Assembly: GCA_041663045.1 (NCBI GenBank)
Contig: JBAZRH010000002.1
Location: 7,179 to 71,178 of the forward strand
DNA from: Minisyncoccota bacterium
GTDB lineage: Bacteria; Patescibacteriota; Minisyncoccia; Phycocordibacterales; GWA1-40-21
Direction: 5' to 3'
DNA: 64,000 bases
Below the pieces are notes generated by a model, which ran no database searches, had not been told where the DNA came from, and was given only the letters and a program-made list of their open reading frames with translations. The translations under genes and the position numbers were made by a program. Position 1 is the first letter of the stretch. Each line of letters starts with the position of its first letter. Below, piece after piece: positions 63,617 to 64,000 of the stretch.

Positions 63617-64000
63617 ATGCAAACAAAAACAACAGCAAAGGATTTTTTCTTATATTTGGGAATTATGATCGGACTTTATGTCAGCTCTGTAACATTTATT
63701 ATGCTAATGTTTCAAATTATCAACAAACTCTTCCCTATTGCCGGAGACTATACTGGTGGAATAGAGGGATCGATACGAGTAGCGATGGCAGCACTTATAA
63801 TATTCTTTCCGGCATTCTTGTACTTATTGAGACTTGCAAATAAAGATTTGGTTAAGCTTTCAGAAAAAAAAGATTTGTGGGTAAGGAAGTGGCTTATATT
63901 TCTAACACTCTTCGTCTCTGGCTTGGCTATAGCGATAGACCTCGTCACTTTGATTTACAGATTTCTCGGTGCGGAAGACTTGTCTTTGAGATTCTTCTTG
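63617..64000 (+). CDS. Hypothetical polytopic membrane protein (partial, runs off the window)
   Basis: ATG at 63617 followed by 128 sense codons with no stop; hydrophobic helices. It is absent from the ORF track, presumably because no stop is reached. Confidence 0.45.
   Translation, partial: MQTKTTAKDFFLYLGIMIGLYVSSVTFIMLMFQIINKLFPIAGDYTGGIEGSIRVAMAALIIFFPAFLYLLRLANKDLVKLSEKKDLWVRKWLIFLTLFVSGLAIAIDLVTLIYRFLGAEDLSLRFFL

Overview
This window is low-GC (about 35-38%) and gene-dense, with most genes on the minus strand; it looks like a Candidate Phyla Radiation / Patescibacteria-type chromosome.

Conventional content:
- a large ribosomal-protein cluster running rpsS to rplO, then secY and adk
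- a 5S rRNA and a long (about 3.5 kb) 23S rRNA with no linked 16S
- housekeeping genes: ppdK, map, ndk, ftsK, recA, efp, the rpsF-ssb-rpsR triad, glyQS, recO, ileS and argS
- a small cell-envelope glycan set: epimerase, polyprenyl glycosyl-phosphate transferase, GT4 glycosyltransferase and a SEDS-family FtsW/RodA
- a cluster of secreted or surface proteins: a lamin-tail-domain protein, a GENVGWI-repeat protein, and a 1235-aa protein with a peptidoglycan-binding domain plus Ig-like repeats

The most notable system, at 1-5218, is a diversity-generating retroelement (DGR).
- A 128-bp template repeat at 2341-2468 has two near-identical copies at the 3' ends of two minus-strand genes (VR1 at 122-258, VR2 at 2843-2977).
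- Almost every mismatch between the three copies falls where the template has an adenine on the coding strand, mostly inside AAT/AAC Asn codons.
- An Avd-like four-helix-bundle gene sits beside the template.
- A DGR-type reverse transcriptase lies between the targets. It appears inactivated: frameshifts plus an internal deletion remove the region where the YxDD catalytic motif belongs.
- The diversified module is a C-terminal C-type-lectin/FGE-like fold ending in AAYRVVLLEI. It is fused to cytoplasmic proteins that lack signal peptides: a 792-aa AAA+ (AAA_5, MoxR/McrB-like) ATPase and a 283-aa coiled-coil paralog.
- Both variable regions are followed by the same 9-bp GC hairpin. VR1 is separated from its hairpin by a 69-bp perfect-palindrome insertion.

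Other observations worth a second look:
- two unannotated structured-RNA-like element families with compensatory stem changes
- a GC-rich roughly 500-nt non-coding segment that may be RNase P RNA
- a roughly 370-nt insertion in 23S domain V
- a LamG-lectin secreted protein inserted inside the rplE-rpsZ junction of the ribosomal operon
- an IleRS carrying an inserted histidine-phosphatase (RHG) domain
- a TGTGGATAAC (DnaA-box-like) motif upstream of four surface-protein genes
- a HerA-like ATPase with a large N-terminal extension
- several GC-elevated orphan genes
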